64,000 bases of DNA, from NCBI GenBank assembly GCA_963833125.1, contig CAWHWX010000001.1:128001-192000 (forward strand), written 5' to 3'. Positions 50,721 to 63,400 of this stretch are shown here, in pieces. The notes beneath the pieces are model-generated. The model searched no databases, was not told where the DNA came from, and saw only the letters and a program-made list of their open reading frames with translations. Numbering within the stretch: position 1 is the stretch's first letter; every line of letters starts with the position of its first letter. This DNA comes from Candidatus Bathyarchaeota archaeon. Its GTDB lineage: Archaea; Thermoproteota; Bathyarchaeia; 40CM-2-53-6. A program made the translations under genes and the position numbers.

Positions 50721-50812
50721 AACGCTATCAGACTCCTACGTGCGGTTATCGTATTAGATCAACTTGGTTGAGAGTTATTTCTAATTCTCACTCGTTATAC
50801 GCGAAGGAGAGA

Positions 50813-51307
50813 TCACTTGCGATTGCGGTAGATCCCCCACCATCCAAGCAACATGGATGAATTGTACCTTACTAATTGAAGCGGGATCTCGTCAGGGTCG
50901 ACCAAATTTATATGCGGTGTAACAAGCGGATGGCTTAATCTGATGAAAGAGAGAAATTCTATCAACCAATTCCATTTCTTCTTGGGCGTTGTAACAATAA
51001 GTTTCCCACTCTTCTTTAAGATACGTTTAATCTCAACATAGGCTCTGGGTTCGAGATGCTCGATTGTTTCTACACAAATAATGCAGTCAAACGTGTCATC
51101 CTCGAAACCAGTTTCATATGCACTCTTCCTCTGCAGATAAGGACTCTCTGCGCCATCCGGCAAATTGGGATCTATCCCAACAATGTTGAACCCACGATTC
51201 CTCAATGCGTTTACAAGCCATCCATCACCACAGCCGAGATCCAATATCGCCATGTCAGGAGAGATTTCCTGACAGCAAAGCCTAGTCTCTTCCGATCCGC
51301 GATCCAA
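50813..51307 (-). CDS. Class I SAM-dependent methyltransferase
   Basis: 'ILDLGCGDG', 'FD.I.C.ETIEHL', 'LK.SG.LIVTTP'. Confidence 0.9.
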   Translation of the reverse strand: MDRGSEETRLCCQEISPDMAILDLGCGDGWLVNALRNRGFNIVGIDPNLPDGAESPYLQRKSAYETGFEDDTFDCIICVETIEHLEPRAYVEIKRILKKSGKLIVTTPKKKWNWLIEFLSFIRLSHPLVTPHINLVDPDEIPLQLVRYNSSMLLGWWGIYRNRK

Positions 51308-51637
51308 CCAATAATTGCCAACTAAGCCGCCGCCGAAATCACTTTCTTGTTCTCTCCCCGATTAAAAATGGAAATGAAGAGCTAACCGATCAACGACTGT
51401 GGAAAATTACTATATAAGCGTCCTGCTAACTAGTCTGTTTCTGTCTAGTCAGATTACCGGAGCTTCAGCACCTACGAAACGTCCTCCCTCAACTGCGGAC
51501 CAAGATAGGGAATTGAACGCCCTACTCCAAAATCTTCAGCTAGAACAGCGGAATAGCCGATAGTGGAATAAGTTGAAATATCTACTTCGAAAGCGGGAAT
51601 ACGAAATCATTTAGGATCATCGCCTGAGTGACTCTCC

Positions 51638-53355
51638 ATGGTCCTCCTCTTAGTTGCCGTCGCAGTCTCCGTTCCAATTCTGTATTACATCCCCGGGGCG
51701 GCTGTAATGCGTCTCTTGAAATTGCAACGAGAGAGGATCAACTTGTACTCTTATTCAGTGTCAACTTTGGTCTACGCTTCAGTTGCAATTTTGGGCCACT
51801 TGCTTGGTGTGGGTCAAGTAACCTTGATGGAATTAGTCGTCGAGTTCCACGCTGATTGTTTGCGTGGTTATGCTCGCAGAAGAGGCTTCGGTCAGGAGCC
51901 ATTGTTGGCGAAGCTAAGACCCTCCTTCGTAACCAGGTAATGCTGATTCTGGTCACTGGATTTGTGCTTAGAGTCTTGCTAAGTGGATTGATTTCCGGCT
52001 TTTGGCGAGGAGGAGACTGGTATTTCTTTCATTACGACACCGCTCTGGTGCTGTTATCAAACTCCTGGACTATTGCACCGGATCGCACGCCACTGTTCAG
52101 TCTCATCTGCGCCATGTTTATGTCAGTATTTGGTAGTGAATTTTGGGTAGCGCAGATCGTCGGTGACTTTCTTAACAGCCTATTCTTAATTCCTTCCTAT
52201 TACATCACTAGACAACTTTTCGGAAGAAATACCGCAATAAGCGCTCTCGTATTCTTATCAATTCTCCCCTACTTTTCTTACAACGCGATCTACTTTTGGC
52301 CTAAGCTTTTCGCAGCATACTTCGTGCTGCTCTCTTTCTACGAGCTGCTTGCTATCGTACGTCGAAAACCAGTCAACTGGCCACTTTACATGGTGAGTTC
52401 CGCGTTAGCTGTCCTAGCCCATGAATATGCGCTTTTGTTTGCGATTTCCGGGGTGATTATTGGTCTGGTCTATAGAAAGTTGGATTACTTAGGATTCTTA
52501 CGAGGGGTGATCTGTTTTTCTGTGATTATGTTACCGTGGTGGTTGTACAATCTCACAACATTCGGATCTCCAATTGCCTCGTCATTCAAGTATTATCCGT
52601 TTGCAGTAGGAGGACCTACAGCGATTCCTCCAGCAGTACCTACGGCCGAGTTTTACCAACGATTCTTTGCGACGCCCATTTCAACATTAATTTGGATAAG
52701 AGTGAGTAATCTCCTGGTCACCTACGCTCCCCTTCTCGGGCTTCTTGAGAAGTATGTTGCAATACCATACCTACCCAGAATCGAAGTGGCAACATGGGCA
52801 TTCGAATTCGTATATCAGTTCTATAGCGTTGACACACTTTTTGGTGCGTTGACTATTTCTTTGTCCATCTTTCTGCTGGTTTCCCTTAGACATGCCCGTC
52901 TTAATGTTACACTTAGACTGATTGCTGGCTACGTCGCGATCTCATCAATCCTAATGACTCTTGATTGGGGATGGTTCGTGCGAAGCGAGTTGGGACTTGG
53001 AATCCAGGGATTGTTTCCCGCATTCGCACTCTTGACGATCGTGTCGGTCGCGGGGCTTGAGAGAATTGGTAAGGATCGTGCCTTCGTCTTCATGGGCAGT
53101 ACGTTTGAGATGGTGCTTTTCTACGTTTTCCTGCGAGCAACTGCTAACTCTAATCCGGGCGAACCAGCAGACATCACCTTATACTATCAATTCACCCAAC
53201 ATTGGCCGTTAGCCTTCTTCGTGGTTTTAATCCTAATATTTTACTTTTGTATTCTCGCTGGCTATAACATGCCCTGGAAAACTGTGCCTCTTCTCCGATC
53301 AGGAAATGTTATGGATCGTACCAACAGAGTAGACCAGACGGAGACCATATCCTGA
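51638..53355 (+). CDS. GT-C (GT39/ArnT-like) membrane glycosyltransferase; frameshift near 51850
   Basis: Multi-TM; first loop 'GGDW...DRTPLF', 'YFWPK..AAYF', 'PWW.YN...FGSP'. Confidence 0.7.
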
Positions 53356-53390
53356 GATCAATGAGATAGCTTATCAAGCGGACACTGAGT

Positions 53391-54791
53391 ATGCAAACGA
53401 GAATGTTGGTGCGCCGCGATCAAATCGCAATGCTCCTACTAGTTACCATAATTTTGACATATGTTGCTGTTGCGTGCCTTTTCAGTTTCTCAGTACCATT
53501 GTATGAGGCTCCAGACGAACCTCATCATCTGTTGTATGTTGATTTCATCGCTGCACAGCATAGATTACCGAACTTAAACACTCCAGATAGGGCTAGTGTT
53601 CCGAACGAGGGGTATCAGCCTCCGCTCTACTACGCGTTAGCGGCTGGACTGCTTAATCTTCTTGGCAGAAGTCGAGTCGACCCAGTAATACATGCCGAAT
53701 CCCGCCTTTTTTTGCGAACGTCCCTAACGTGCTGAATGCGTACCTTCATTCACCTAACGAGTATCTTCAGCCAGATGCCCTAGTAGTGCACATCATCCGA
53801 CTTTTGTCTGTATTTTGGGGCGCGGTGACAGTATATCTAACCTACAAGATCGCTCGCACTATTCGGCTAACGACTGACGTAGCACTTCTTGCGGCTGCGA
53901 TCAACGCCTTCATTCCGGAGTTTCTCTTTCTAACCGGAACCGTAAGCAATGACAGCATGTCTTGGGCGATGTCCTCATTGGTCCTACTGCTAACCTTACG
54001 CCTGTACATGAACAAAGACGTCGACTGGCACAATGTCCTCTACTTGGGAGCGGCACTCAGTGCGGCTTTACTGACGAAAACGACTTTGATTATTCTCATT
54101 CCCTTCATAATTGCAGTGATCATGCTGAAGGCGACCTTAGGAGAGGGACGACGAATCAGACCCGAACTGCTCAAAGTCACGCTAAGCCTGGTTGTGATGG
54201 TCGCGTTGCTGGCGGGATGGTGGTACATTAGAAGCTTTGTGCTCTACAACGATTTCACGGGGTTGAAGATGAATGCGGAACTCAACCCGTCTCTAATTGT
54301 GAACAGGAGTATCTGGTCACCATACTTTGAGACAGTCTTTCCGATTTGGGTGTTCTATAGCTTCTGGGCAGTTTTTGGATGGATGAACATATGGCCCAGT
54401 ATGGCCTCTGGCCCATATGGCTTCTACTTCGCGTTTTACGGCATGCTCTGCTTGGTAGGAGGAACTGGCGCGATTGTGGAGACCTTTGACCCGTCGGGTA
54501 CGCCGAGTTCACGTTCAACAATAAGACTTACGTTATTGATGCTAATTGGGTTCTTCGTGCTCGCTCTTGCTGCACTCATTGCGTTGAACTTAACGCTGGA
54601 TACGCCCCAAGGCCGATTTCTCTTTGTCGCGATCTCCCCATTTTGCGTTCTCTTGGCTCAGGGATTGAGCCGAGCTGGTTAGAACAAAATCCGACTGGTT
54701 TCCACGCATCGTCCTCTCAGGGTTAGTGGTTGTCATGTTCGCCCTGAGCATTCATTTCTTACTCTTCCTAAGAGCAATCTATACGATATAG
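53391..54791 (+). CDS. DUF2142/GT-C-like membrane protein; frameshifts near 53720 and 54675
   Basis: 'P.YEAPDEP.H..Y', 'QPPLYY', 'V.ND', 'LLTK', 'QGRFLF'; a final TM continues in another frame to TAG 54791. Confidence 0.72.
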
Positions 54792-54871
54792 GGAGGAATG
54801 TGGCTGTCAATCTGAATAGGCCGAATGTAAGTCCTGCATACGCAAAATACTTCATGGCTTGGTGCCGATAG

Positions 54872-57800
54872 TTGGTCAGTGTGAACGAGCTTAGACGAGA
54901 AGAGTACCTGAAGGTAGCTGTCATTCTAGGGATAACGATACTCCTTGTCTACGGTGACGTTGCTTTCATGGGATACACTCTGTCTCAGGCAGTGGACAAT
55001 GAAGGTGTGCTCGTTGGCACTCAGTATGGCTACACTGGACGACGTCCAAATTTCATCACAGTTCTGGACCCACTTTCGACTGGCGCTCAAATAGAACCAG
55101 CTCTTCAGTTAATTGTTCAGAGAATTTACTCCGGGCACCTTCCCCTGTGGAATCCGTATCAGGGAACTGGAGTTCCTCTTGCTGGCGACCCCACTTGGAG
55201 CACATATTTCCCAACAAACCTACTTTACGTCATACCAAACAATTACTGGGATTACGTGGAGCTTCTCAAACTTTGGGTCGCAGCCATGTTCTCCTACTTA
55301 CTCTTGAAACGATTCGGTCTAAGCAAAGCCGTGTGCATGGGCGGAGCGTTTGCGTACTCTCTTTCAGGAGCCTTGGTCGTGAACCCATTTGTCCCCTGGA
55401 CTGACATTGCCATTATGACCCCAGCCGTATTGCTTGTAGTTAAGAGATGTATCGATAACACATGTCGTCAGTCAATAGCTCTGGCGAGTGTCGTCGTCTC
55501 AATTACGATATTGGGTGCGCACATAGAAACGCTGGTTATCGAGTTTCTCCTTGTCGGCTGGTTCGCAATCTTCGAGATAATTACAAGGAAAGCTGGGCGA
55601 ATAAAGAGCCTCTTCAGGTTGCTTTCTAGCGTAGTCTTGGGTTTCGGAGTCGCTGCATTCTTCCTATTTCCTGTCTTCGAATACTTGCTGGGTTCCGCTT
55701 TTGCACACGGCGCAGGCGTCGGGTTGCAATCTCTCTCAACAAGAGGATTACCCTATACAGATCTGAATCCAGCGTTTTACTGGATAACCCTCTTTGTGCC
55801 ATACTTTTACGGATTCTTCCAGACTTATCCTTACGCTGGCCTTAGGCACGTTTTCTTTTGGGACCTTTTCCCGGGGTACGTTGGCACTACGATTTTCTTT
55901 CTTTCACTCTTGCCTTTGTTCTTGGGAAGTTTTCGTGACCCCAGATTGAAGTACTACTGGTTCTTTTTGACCAGCGAAATATTGATCCTCATGAAAAACT
56001 TTGGCGTTCCACCAATTAATTGGATTGGATATCTCCCTGTCATGACCTTCGTAAACTGGCGCTATTCAGGTTCGGTCTTGGCACTGTCTTTCGCTGGAGC
56101 TGCCGCATTTGGGCTGGAAAGCGGCGAAGAATTTCAAAGTGGAGAGCATTAGGGGCCGTTTTCGCCGTTGCTATCATGATTATAGCAGGATTATGGGCGA
56201 GTCTATCAACCTCGGTAGTGTCACTGTCCTACTACCTTCCAGCATCGCTTGGGTATCTGATTTTCAGCCTAGGAGCCCTTGGGCTATGTGGTATCGTAGC
56301 ATCGAAAGGGGGGAGCATGGCGCCTAAGATCCTTGTAGTATTCATTGTCTTAGAACTAACAGCTTACATCCCTCGATCTCTCGCCCCAGAGTATGAAGCA
56401 GGCAGAATAGCAGTACTCTCGGTCGCAGGCCTCATAACTACTGCCATAGCTGTTTGGCCCAGAGAAAACTCGGAGCGAATTGGTTGGCCGTTTTCTTTCC
56501 GGTTTCCAAATCGGAAGCATATGTTAGCCATGCTCATCATTGCTGCAATGATCTTACAGTTTGCCATTGCGAGCGCGTCACCCGTAGGAATACCAAAGCG
56601 TTATGACGCTTTCACTGCTGCGCCATATGTCAGGTTCTTACAGGCCAACACGGGATTTCAAAGGGTTTTCTCTACCGACGGTCTATTTCTTGCTCCGGTC
56701 GCAGGCATATTTTCAGTGCAGGATCTGGGTGAATTCTCCTCATTCATGCCTTCCTCATTTGAGGCGTTCACCATTATGAACCTCGACCCAGGCCTTGTAT
56801 CAACCGTATTCCTTGGTAACGGATTTTATCGTCACGGCGACGTAGATATTGGAAACGAAATCCATAACAACCTAGCATTTTACAGCCTACTCGGAGTAAA
56901 ATACTTCGTCACAAGCGGCACTGATCCCGGCTTGGTATACGAGATACTCCTTCAACCAGAAACCGAAGGAAATTTCAGATGGATCCCTATTGGCAACAAC
57001 TCCATCTCGACAGAGTTTCTGACCGACAGGTCATTTGATGGTCTGGTCTTACGCGTCGGGACCTATGGTCGAATAAACCAAGGCGATCTCTTACTCACGC
57101 TCGATTCTATCTCAACCAACGTAACAGTGCATAGAGTTGCTCGCCTACCAGCAGAATCGATATCAAACGATGGTTGGAGAAATGAGTTTACGTTTCCTAA
57201 TGTTGAGGTGGCTAGCCCGACTGAATTCCGAGTCAATGTGACACAATCTGATACCGAGCTGGGAAATGCCCTTGCCGTAATGTGGTATCCCCAAGCAAAG
57301 CAGGATCCGGACTTGTCGATTGAGAATCGTTCACTCAATCTCGCGATGGGACTAATCCAACGAGACGAAACACTACCCATCGTGTACCGTGATCAGAATG
57401 CAACCATCTACCAGAATCTCAGAATGTTCCCGCGAACATTTTTGGTCAATCGGATAATTACGGCAAATAGTCCGGAGGACGCACTGAACAAAACAAGGGA
57501 AATCGGTTGGGAAACTCGCGACTCACTGGTGATCGAGGGGGCTCCAGAAGAACTCGGCCTATTGAAGACCGCACCGAACGCTTCCGGTGGCGCTGAGATT
57601 GAACTATATTCCCCTGAGGAAGTAGACCTGCGAGTTACGACCGCTAATCCTTCCTTTCTGGTACTCACCGACACTTTCTATCCAGGCTGGAACGCATATG
57701 TTGATGATAAACCCGTGAATACTTACCGGGCATATGGGTTGGTGAGGGCCGTTTTCGTCAATGCGGGCAGCCACCAAGTTTCGTTCAAATATGAATCCGA

Positions 57801-57945
57801 TTCATTCAAAATTGGTGTCTACATTTCGATTATCTCTGCGGCCACCCTCGTAATACTGTTGTTGCCATGCGTGCAGTTACCAAGAAAGTTGATCAGGTCA
57901 TCCAACCCTAGGAATCGGTTCGCACGTATGAAAAGCCCCGCCTAG
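54872..57945 (+). CDS. YfhO-family GT-C membrane protein; frameshift near 56120
   Basis: 'G.LPLWNPY...G.PL', 'GYVG', C-terminal 'LVLTDTFYPGW.AYVD...RAV.V.AG.HQV.F.Y'. Confidence 0.8.
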
Positions 57946-58088
57946 CGTATTCGTGCCTGGCTTTTCCCCTTATTCTTCGACCTTTCTCCTTGAATAGAGA
58001 CTTATCCGACCAAGGTCCATTACTGCTGCGCCCCCCTCTACTACGTTGACGCATTCTTCCTAGACGATTAAATTGGCAGCCCGCGGTA

Positions 58089-60137
58089 TCAATTCAACAA
58101 GGAGACCCACCTGATCCACGTAAACCTGAAGTTGGACTTGTCATTTGAATAGGCCTTCGTCGGGTAGTTGCGTACTGTGCTTCGGATTGTACTGCCTGGG
58201 AGCATGTTGCCGGTTGACGGCTGCCAACTTGGTTGAGTTTGATTAGAAAAATATGAATTGGCGAAAGCCTCCTGATCAGTCTGTGATGTGGGAACTTCAA
58301 CAAACGTCACTTGAATGTGAGAATCGAAGGCGTATGCCCCCGGTGTGATGAAGGAGATTTCACGGATTTGCTTGATTACGCCCCCGAAGAGATCATTGGG
58401 AACAGCCGAGACTACCAGGCCGTCCATTCCGTTCTCAAACACAAAACGGTACGTTCCGGTTGATCCGTCTGAAAAGTTTAGCTGCACAAAGACTGGGGGA
58501 GCTTTGTATAGCAAATTTCTGATAGTCCCAATGAGATTGTATTGTATTTGCACTTGAGCGAACACATAGCCACTGTAATTTGCCGGGACGGTAACGGTAC
58601 GGCCGAAAGTCGACTCGACATCCTCGATAACCACCGGTGACCCGCAGTAATTCTCCCCCCTGCGCAGAACCATGAACGTTTCATCAAATCCGGATACTTG
58701 GTAATGACACATTAAGACTCGAATGGTCAACGGTTCATCAAAGAGAGGATACCGACCATCAATTGAAGCAGGCTCATACAGTACGAATTCGGGAGCGTTG
58801 GAATCAAGGAAGTGGCGAGAGTTCAGATTATCAAGATAGGATGTGTACGCCGAGTAGCTTTGGAATACAGGTCTAGGATCCCACGTCATCCCATAAGCGA
58901 GGAGCATTGCCACATCCCAAGGAAATACGTCTACGCTGTTATTAGAAAGAAGCTTGATGGTGTTATTGGAAAGCGGGTACTGACTTCTAACGTAAAGGAG
59001 ACTCGACGAGAACATGCGTGATGAAACGCTTGGGTTGGACATTAACGCAATTGTGTCTGTGAAGTTTGTCGGTGAGTATCTACCCCCTATGATGAAGTTT
59101 CCGGGGTAAATGGCCATACCTTGACAGACCAACAGCAGAACCAACATGAGAATGCAACCATTCCTAATGACTTTATTTCGTTCCTTTATCTGAGCCAACC
59201 CGAAGAATAGCGCCGATGCTCCGAAGAAAACAATTACATGACTTCCGTCCTGTCTAACGAACCCTTCTTTGAACGCAAAGAAGAGAAAGCCAAGCGAAAG
59301 GATCACGACGGGAGAAAAATTCTTGGTTCTCACTTCGCGAATGAAATGAAGCATGAATACCACACCTGCTATTATTCCAATGTAAACCTCCCATAGCGGT
59401 CCGTCTAGTGACATAGCTGGACCAAAGCCGATCGCTACCTGATACGAGCCAACTACAAAGGAGGCCAAAGTCTCAAAGCTCTTAGTTAACACAATTCCAG
59501 CGAGAATGAAAACTGAAGTCCATGCAAAAAGCGACAGAAGAGCGAGCCGATGGTGTCCTTTGAAGTATAGAAATCCAGTCCCAAGAATCATGGTTGCAAA
59601 TACCGCAAGGCCGATATCGAGTTTGAAAAATGGTGTCGTCGCGGCGAAAGCCGAAAGTAAAGGAAAATAGGAGTAACGTTCTTCCACGATCAAGTAGATT
59701 GCAATCAGTAAGAATACGGCTGCAAGTACGTAGGATTCCTGTAGTACCGATTCGATGATAGTTCCCGAAAACGCAAAAATCACTGCATTGAAGAGGTGAT
59801 GTTCGCTCTTCAACACGAGGAACAGAAGAACCAAGTAAAACAACGTATGAATTAGGATTCGAAAAGCGACCGCCTCAATCCAAAACATTGGGTTAAGTCC
59901 GATCGGAAAAAACAAGTAGCCAAGCGGACCATTGGTGAATAATATGTCTCTGCCAAAGATTAATCCACTCGCCGCTGCCATATGCAGTGCCTGAATCCAA
60001 GACGAATCCAGGCCGGCCGCTGCCCTCCAGAATGGAGGGGGAAAGGTCGCTGCCCATGCGACCAAGAAGCACAATCCTACAACAAGGTCAGATATCCGCA
60101 CTTTTCTTGTTACTGATGAATTAATTCTTGATTCCAA
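58089..60137 (-). CDS. GT-C-like multi-pass membrane protein with large extracytoplasmic C-terminal domain
   Basis: 'GLDSSW...L.FGRDI.FT.GPLG', 'FK.GFVRQD', 'RPVFQSYSAYT..LD', 'SIDGRYP..DEP'. Confidence 0.72.
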   Translation of the reverse strand: MESRINSSVTRKVRISDLVVGLCFLVAWAATFPPPFWRAAAGLDSSWIQALHMAAASGLIFGRDILFTNGPLGYLFFPIGLNPMFWIEAVAFRILIHTLFYLVLLFLVLKSEHHLFNAVIFAFSGTIIESVLQESYVLAAVFLLIAIYLIVEERYSYFPLLSAFAATTPFFKLDIGLAVFATMILGTGFLYFKGHHRLALLSLFAWTSVFILAGIVLTKSFETLASFVVGSYQVAIGFGPAMSLDGPLWEVYIGIIAGVVFMLHFIREVRTKNFSPVVILSLGFLFFAFKEGFVRQDGSHVIVFFGASALFFGLAQIKERNKVIRNGCILMLVLLLVCQGMAIYPGNFIIGGRYSPTNFTDTIALMSNPSVSSRMFSSSLLYVRSQYPLSNNTIKLLSNNSVDVFPWDVAMLLAYGMTWDPRPVFQSYSAYTSYLDNLNSRHFLDSNAPEFVLYEPASIDGRYPLFDEPLTIRVLMCHYQVSGFDETFMVLRRGENYCGSPVVIEDVESTFGRTVTVPANYSGYVFAQVQIQYNLIGTIRNLLYKAPPVFVQLNFSDGSTGTYRFVFENGMDGLVVSAVPNDLFGGVIKQIREISFITPGAYAFDSHIQVTFVEVPTSQTDQEAFANSYFSNQTQPSWQPSTGNMLPGSTIRSTVRNYPTKAYSNDKSNFRFTWIRWVSLLN

Positions 60138-60766
60138 ATCGTGTCACGCTGCGAGTGCCTAACACGATCCTATCGCGAAACACTTCGAAAATAGACGCTG
60201 TCGAGAAAACATCGATCGTCTGCGAATGAGTAACCAGCCCAAGATCAGATCTCGATTAATCAGGAACGCCTCCTAGACCTGAGTACAGTGTACTTTGAGA
60301 TGGGGCAAAGTGGTCTCCGTTATCATTGAGTTTGGGATTGCGATGGCCGATGACAAAGCGATCACTACAACTAAAATGGCGGCAATGCCGTTGTGCATAA
60401 CACCGGTCTGGTTGTCTGTGGACAAAAACCTTGTGAAGATTTCAATGAACGAAAGAAGTTGCAGATTCGGTTGAGGTTTCGTGTGTGCAGAGGAGGTGGT
60501 TGGTTATGGGATACCTCTCAAAAAGACGGAATATGTCGTTTCTGGGTGTGTGCGCACCGGGTAGCGGAGCGAACGGAAGAAATTGAACAAGTCGCCCCTC
60601 TAGGCTTCGGTTCATTCGTAACCTTTCCGAATAATGCACAATTGGTTTTAGGGCGAAGAAGATCTTAGGTATCCCATCACGATTTTAGAACACCATTGAG
60701 TTAGATGATTCGAAGCGGAAAAGCGGATAGGCCTTGATAATCGTGCACGCATCATTAGAGTCCAGA

Positions 60767-62440
60767 CTACTCGTACACATCTAGGAACAGCTTAGTGGTT
60801 GCGACATAATTTTCTCCTTCTTGGGTCAAGATCAGGAATGACACTACGTGCCATCCAACTGATAGGCCCGACAACGTTATTGTTCCTACCCATCCTGAAT
60901 CGTCCCATCCTTGTGGAGCTGTTCCTCCCCAGAGCCAGTTTAAGTGAAAAGATGTCGGGAAGGCTTGAACGCCATCCACCACCACGAAAACGTTTACAGG
61001 GTCAGTCACACCCACGGTCCATCCTCTTAGGAAGACAAAAGTTGTGTTAGCCTTGTTGACCGATAGGTCTGGATATTTAATGTCCAAAGGCGTGGCGCTT
61101 GGGTAGGCTAGGGCGATGTCGAGGACTATTGAACCTGTTTGGTAAGTTGTTGCCGGACTAATGCTCGATTCAATCTCTACTGGAGAGGCAGGAATAGGAC
61201 AGAACCACCCTCCTGCACCTTGATAGCCAGCGAACGGTGGAATCGGAGCGTAGATGAACGACCCCCCATTTGGATCATAGAATTTGGCATACGATTGGAA
61301 CTTAAAGTCGGAGGATGGCGGTATCATGTAGTGAACCATGAAATTTGTTCCCACTATGACGAGAAGAAGGACTGCGAACACTTGTGCTCTCTTTCTCTTA
61401 AGAGATTGGAAGCTAGCCACGGTCAATATTAGCAAGAGAGCCGAAGGAAAGAAGTAGTAACGACCCGCATTCGCTATGGTTCGAAAGACACCCGTTGCTA
61501 AGATAAAAGCTCCGGGGAGAACCATAAGCCAGCCACGAACGTTTCTGCCTATCGGAGTTCGGACAAAAGAATAGGTTATCGCACTGAAAGCCAGGACGAA
61601 TATCGTGGCAATGTAAAGTACAGTGCCAGCAGGAATGTAGGTCGAGTTTTCATATACCATATTCGTCATGATTGCAGTTGACAGATGAAACGCAGAAACC
61701 AAATCATCACTGTTGCCTTCCAAGAACCGAGAGGCTAACGCAAACACTAGGAACTGAATCAAAGACCCCATAATCGGAATCGCAACCAGGACTGTAAAAC
61801 GTCTCGATTTAGCAGCGCGTGATCGCTTCAACGCAACATGAATGAGAATTGGCAATAGCAAGAACCCTATAGCAGTGCTGAGATTGGAAATTGTTGCAAT
61901 GCCGGATTCCAGGATCGAAGAGGCGCGTTGGCGCGTTTCAACTATATCGAAATTTTGCCATTGATCCAAAGCCCAGAGCGTAAGGTAGAACCCTAGAAAC
62001 CATTGGATATTGGTGATGTTCATGATGATTTCTCCGTTGCTGGGGATGCACGCGATTAGTATGCAGAGCATGTATCGAATCCAATCGTTTGAAATGAGAA
62101 ACCTGAATCTTACCCAAGCGAGATAAGAGATGCAAAATGCGCTGATTACAAGACTGGACAAATCCATCAGAAGCGGCGCAGCGGACATCCCTGCCAAGAG
62201 TGACAGACCTGTGACGATTCTTGGAACAAAATGTAAGTATCCCGCAAATGGCGTCAGCAACGATCCCACGGGATCTTCGATCGCTTGATAGATGAAAATG
62301 GAGCCGTCTTCTGCATACGGCTGTGGGTTGAGAATTTTATCGGGACGTCTTGCATATATAACGAAACATACGATGATGAAGACAAGCAGTGAACGATTTC
62401 GCGAATTCAGGCTAAATTGTTTCCAGGCTTGGGGGAACAA
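60767..62440 (-). CDS. Gtr-like (serotype-conversion type) GT-C membrane protein
   Basis: 'RRPD....Q.YAEDG', 'PFAGYLH.VPR', 'E...NITN.QW', 'RYYF'. Confidence 0.7.
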   Translation of the reverse strand: MFPQAWKQFSLNSRNRSLLVFIIVCFVIYARRPDKILNPQPYAEDGSIFIYQAIEDPVGSLLTPFAGYLHFVPRIVTGLSLLAGMSAAPLLMDLSSLVISAFCISYLAWVRFRFLISNDWIRYMLCILIACIPSNGEIIMNITNIQWFLGFYLTLWALDQWQNFDIVETRQRASSILESGIATISNLSTAIGFLLLPILIHVALKRSRAAKSRRFTVLVAIPIMGSLIQFLVFALASRFLEGNSDDLVSAFHLSTAIMTNMVYENSTYIPAGTVLYIATIFVLAFSAITYSFVRTPIGRNVRGWLMVLPGAFILATGVFRTIANAGRYYFFPSALLLILTVASFQSLKRKRAQVFAVLLLVIVGTNFMVHYMIPPSSDFKFQSYAKFYDPNGGSFIYAPIPPFAGYQGAGGWFCPIPASPVEIESSISPATTYQTGSIVLDIALAYPSATPLDIKYPDLSVNKANTTFVFLRGWTVGVTDPVNVFVVVDGVQAFPTSFHLNWLWGGTAPQGWDDSGWVGTITLSGLSVGWHVVSFLILTQEGENYVATTKLFLDVYE

Positions 62441-62629
62441 AACCCTGGCCCTGGAATATGGCTGTAATCCACTTCCTCATATATGTGTAACCGTGCGGAC
62501 ACAGCGCCAGGTAACGTGAAGTTGTCGGCTGAAACATTGGCTTTGGAAAATCGGGTGATGACGCAAAATACGCCGCCGACGGTTTGCCAACGGTTATTTA
62601 CCGAATGAAATATTGGTTAATCGGTAATT

Positions 62630-63400
62630 ATGTCTGACCCGCAGAGTTCGCTATTGGAGCTATATCGCAACAGAAAGATTTTACAGGACTTGTATCCCGA
62701 AGCCGCTAGAGGTGATCTGCTCGGATTGACTGAATACGTGACCGGATTCTTGGAGTTTGCTCCAGAGATTGAGAAGAATGACCCTGAGATGGGCTCGCTC
62801 AAGAAGTGGATTGGTCAGTACAAGGAATTCATCGGAGCACCTCCGCCCGCGATGGCTAACGGAATGACACATACCCTCACGAGGCACGAGATGACCTCGG
62901 ACATTGCTGCTCATCTCCCAACGCTCTTCATTTTAACAAAGGAACTGAGACTCGACAGAGTTCTCGAACTTGGAGTTGACATTGGAAACTCAACGATCGC
63001 ACTGTTGGAAGCAGTGTCCCAGATTAACGGCCACCTATGGAGTATCGATAATCGCTCCTGTGAAGAAGCGGGAGCGCTAGTGCGCAAGTGTGGCTTGGAT
63101 TCCTATTGGACTTTCATCCAAGGAAACGACCTTGCCGTTGAATGGAAAGAACCAATTGACCATCTATTGATAGACAGCCACCACATCTACCCACAGACGC
63201 TAGCAGAATTGAAGAAGTTCGAGCCATTCGTGTCGCCGAATGGCCTAATCAGCCTTCATGACTCATTCAGCTTCCCAGGAGTAAACCGCGCAGTTCGCAA
63301 GTACTTTGAAGGAAGAAAAGACATCACCATGTACGAGTACAGGAACAGTCATGGACTTCTCCTCCTGAGAAAAACAAATCATCCCCCTCTTTCCCTCTGA
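62630..63400 (+). CDS. Class I SAM-dependent methyltransferase (Methyltransf_24-like)
   Basis: 'VLELGV..G.ST', 'LWSID', 'ID.L.IDS.H.Y', 'G.I.LHD'. Confidence 0.85.
   Translation: MSDPQSSLLELYRNRKILQDLYPEAARGDLLGLTEYVTGFLEFAPEIEKNDPEMGSLKKWIGQYKEFIGAPPPAMANGMTHTLTRHEMTSDIAAHLPTLFILTKELRLDRVLELGVDIGNSTIALLEAVSQINGHLWSIDNRSCEEAGALVRKCGLDSYWTFIQGNDLAVEWKEPIDHLLIDSHHIYPQTLAELKKFEPFVSPNGLISLHDSFSFPGVNRAVRKYFEGRKDITMYEYRNSHGLLLLRKTNHPPLSL

Noticed and set aside
54800-54874. In-frame TAG just before the YfhO-like ORF as a pyrrolysine or readthrough site
   Set aside because: The GGAGG is too close to the upstream GTG, the extension shows no recognisable homology, and no pyl genes are in the window.
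3519-57945. Frameshifts in lhr, the S2P protease, psmB, the giant gene and GT-C genes as programmed frameshifting, phase variation or mass pseudogenisation
   Set aside because: They also hit conserved housekeeping genes, look like isolated one-base indels, and share no slippery motif. Long-read consensus error is the simpler explanation.
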